A stretch of DNA of 64,000 nucleotides from the NCBI GenBank assembly GCA_973895155.1, contig OZ316892.1, positions 6,314,847 to 6,378,846 on the forward strand. Reading direction: 5' to 3'. Source of the stretch: Marsupella aquatica (Eukaryota; Plantae; Marchantiophyta). Of the stretch, positions 60,956-64,000 are shown piece after piece; within the stretch, counting starts at the first letter, position 1, and each line of letters starts with the position of its first letter. The notes beneath the pieces are model-generated. The model ran no database searches, had not been told where the DNA came from, and saw nothing but the letters and a program-made list of their open reading frames with translations. The translations under genes and the position numbers were made by a program.

Positions 60956-63900
60956 CCATTGACTATCAATCCGACCTTCCCCGAAACTTAGGACTAATGG
61001 CAGCCATCAACATTTTAGTGTCTTTACAATGGAAAGTAATGGGACTTGCATATTTTGTCATTTGAACGAGGTTGCTTCCCAATAAGGATTTTTCTGGTAC
61101 ATGTACTATGCCCATACATTGGATGGATTTTCCATACCACAATAAACTGATTGTTTATTTAAATCAACTTTTAAGTACTTTGTCACTAAAGATGTTCCAA
61201 TTGATAATATTGTCACTTCTTTTTTTGTATTTATAAAAATGCCATGATTTTGTATATGGATGACAAGTTTACCAAAGTAACTAGGGGAACTATATACAGA
61301 AACCGCGACATTTTTGTAGATACAAAAAAATAGTGACAGTATTGTAAATTTAAACATCTTCAGTGGCAATGCACTTAAAAGCTGTTATTTATATTTGTGA
61401 ATGTTGTTCCTTCTCAGGTACATAGTAGGCTACTATTTAGGGGACCCATTGCGATACCCCCTAAATCCAAGAAGGGGCACCCGAAGGAAGTTGGTCACAA
61501 GGGGTCATTGGTAGCACCATCATGAGCTCCCAGTCGACCACGATGATATGTGCAACATCATTGATGGAGTTACGGGCCAAAAATTATGATCATGACCAAA
61601 TACATGTTGGAGGCCAGAAATAGGGGATACATCTTGAGATGACAAGTCCTCACAAGAATATATATAAAGGGAGTTAAGAACCCTCATAAACCATCAATCA
61701 ACCATGATCAATTGACATCTATCATTACTTAAACAAACAACAAGATTGACATTAGCATAAGAGCCCTAGTTCAAGGAAATCATAGTGGAGGTTGATTGGC
61801 TTCTGCCTTGGGGTGGGTAGTTTTTATGTGCGGGTCTGTGCACCTTGTGCAAGCTATCACCGTCACTATCTGCAAGCAACAAACCATAGTTCAAGATCCA
61901 TAGGTGATCCTGAGTTAAGGGGTGTTTCACAAAGCGGAAATGATGGCTTACTAGGGGAGAAGGACAATATCTGGACCCTAGGTTAGGGGTTGGGTGCTAC
62001 AAGTACTACCTTTTGATGTGTTATTATAGGGACACCAAATGGGGACTAGATGAAACTTTTGATTAATGAAGTTGCACGAAAGATCTAGGATGGTTGGAAA
62101 GTAGAGCGATCCCCTTTCCATCCCTAGGGAATGAATCAATCACATATTGAGGGGACCCATGGATTTGATTGTTTTTTTCATTCTAGGGTTTATGATTGCA
62201 CCTATGGTAGTACAAAAAGTTTTTATGATTAAATGTGCACGTGCACACCAAGTCATTAAAACAATAGATATGGTCACGAATCTTTGCGTTTCTATCTTTC
62301 ATCTTGAAACTCATTTGCTTCAAACATGTGTATAGCCAATTCTACAACTTTATTTTATAGTACTTTTGTTTCAATGCTGCAAGTACCAATGCACAATCGG
62401 CATGGTCCTCCAATTGCTTAATGGCATTTGGCTGTAGAAGAGCATCACGGTGCTCACAGCCTGCTCATGCATGTTTTGCCATTATCACTTTCCACATCAT
62501 TTGGCTTGTCCTTCAACAACTTCCCAAACCAGGTAGCATGAAGTACCCCGTTCACTTGTCACTCCCACAATAAGTAGTCTATGCAACCATCATACTTTTC
62601 ACCCAAAGCTTGATTGTACTCATCCTCCTCCAGTACAATTTGCTCTCATTGCAAGACTACTTCTTCTACCAGTGACCGTACCGACAAAAACTCTTCCTCT
62701 TCCTCCATGAAAACCCTCCTCCAAAGCACTCATGTGAATAATCAAGAAAAAATGATATTTTGCTCAATTACTAAAAAAACTCAAAAATAATCATCACAAA
62801 CTTAGCTATGCAAGACTAAAAATCAAAACCAAAATCCAACAAAAAACTTATTCACTTTTGGTGGGGTGGGTTGAACCTTGGAAAATCCACATTCTCTTCC
62901 ATTTTGAACACCTTAGGAAATAACTAAACTACAAAGTTGGTACTAACATTTGAAATTCTAGTGATGCACTGATATTGATCAGTGATGTTTACACACTAAT
63001 AGAAAACCCTAACATTGATCTATCCGTTGAGCCCATAACATCCAAGTTTCATGCATCAGAACTCCAAAAAACTACTAACATTGAATGTTGAAAAATCATT
63101 ATAAACCTCCTAGATATGCTATGATATCAATTATTGAACAAAGATGACATTCACAATGACAAGCCCATAACTAAACAACAAACAAGTAGTCAACACCAAA
63201 TTATCAATTTGATTTCATTAGTCAATCTAATAAATTTAACCACTTGTTAGTGATGGGATGTTATGAGGTTGTGACTGCTAATGATGAATGCAATTGTTAA
63301 TGATCGGAGTAAAGATCAGTGCAAACAATCTCAAATGACTTGCAATCTTGTAATAACGCTATTGTTAGTGATCGGATGTAATGAGGATCTAACTGCCAAT
63401 GATGAACATAGTAAGTACGAGATTATATTCGGCGAGTAAAAGATGGCCTTCATGTATCGTCAGGCGTTTCTTTGAGAACGAGGTCTTTGAACGGTTGACG
63501 TGGATGTTTGCAAAGATGATGTGCTCAGAGTTTTGTTAGGAAGCAAGAATCCCTGAACATTTTGATGATGATGATGAAAAACTATCACGAAGGAATGGGG
63601 CAGTACTTTCAATATGACAATATATGCTAAGAGTTGCATCACTAGCAGCAGTTGTTGTTCATGCACAGCCACCCCCATCCTGGGATTTGAAGTACACGTG
63701 GAGAGGGAGCAAAAGATGATCCCACAGCTTGACTGCTTACAAAGAGGTTCTGCGGCAAGGGCACTGCCCAGACAGTGGAAACAATTTCAGCTCTGGCAAT
63801 TTGCTGTTGGTCCAAACCCATTACAACGTGATAGACAACCGTACTCGTAGACACTGAGCTCATAGTGACAATTAGGTGGACAGATGCAAGGCAAAAAATA

Positions 63901-64000
63901 GAAAGGACAAGCAAGACACAAAATGGAGAAGAAGTTTGAAGGAATCAGAACGGGACAGTGAACGGAAGGAAAAGCCCATTAACCTATCACGTGAGGAAAT

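Noticed and set aside
61402-62001. Solo LTR of another family (TG...GCTACA)
   Set aside because: It is LTR-like, but no TSD or second copy was found, so the boundaries are unsupported.

Overview
Eukaryotic, intron-rich land-plant genomic DNA. An IFT38/CLUAP1 gene implies a lineage with flagellated sperm; a bryophyte or liverwort is my inference. Conserved genes: an intronless DUF3223 (EMB514/DOMINO1-like) gene, plastid cystathionine beta-lyase, a small conserved protein with both a GC-AG and a U12 AT-AC intron, CLUAP1/IFT38 and cobalamin-independent methionine synthase (MetE). Other content: a frameshifted plastid membrane-protein gene, a 5'-truncated L1 LINE with a 15-bp TSD, three solo LTRs of one family, Tc1/mariner-type MITEs and tandem repeats. 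The most unusual part is a ~10-kb island (about 20.6-30.8 kb) between two housekeeping genes. It holds a fungal-type, intronless isochorismatase-family gene and decayed frames on both strands that resemble the L polymerase of negative-strand RNA viruses (ophiovirus/Mononegavirales-like RdRp motifs and capping domain). A further L-like fragment lies at about 38.8-39.85 kb. The viral assignments come from manual translation compared with remembered motif consensus and need profile-search confirmation.
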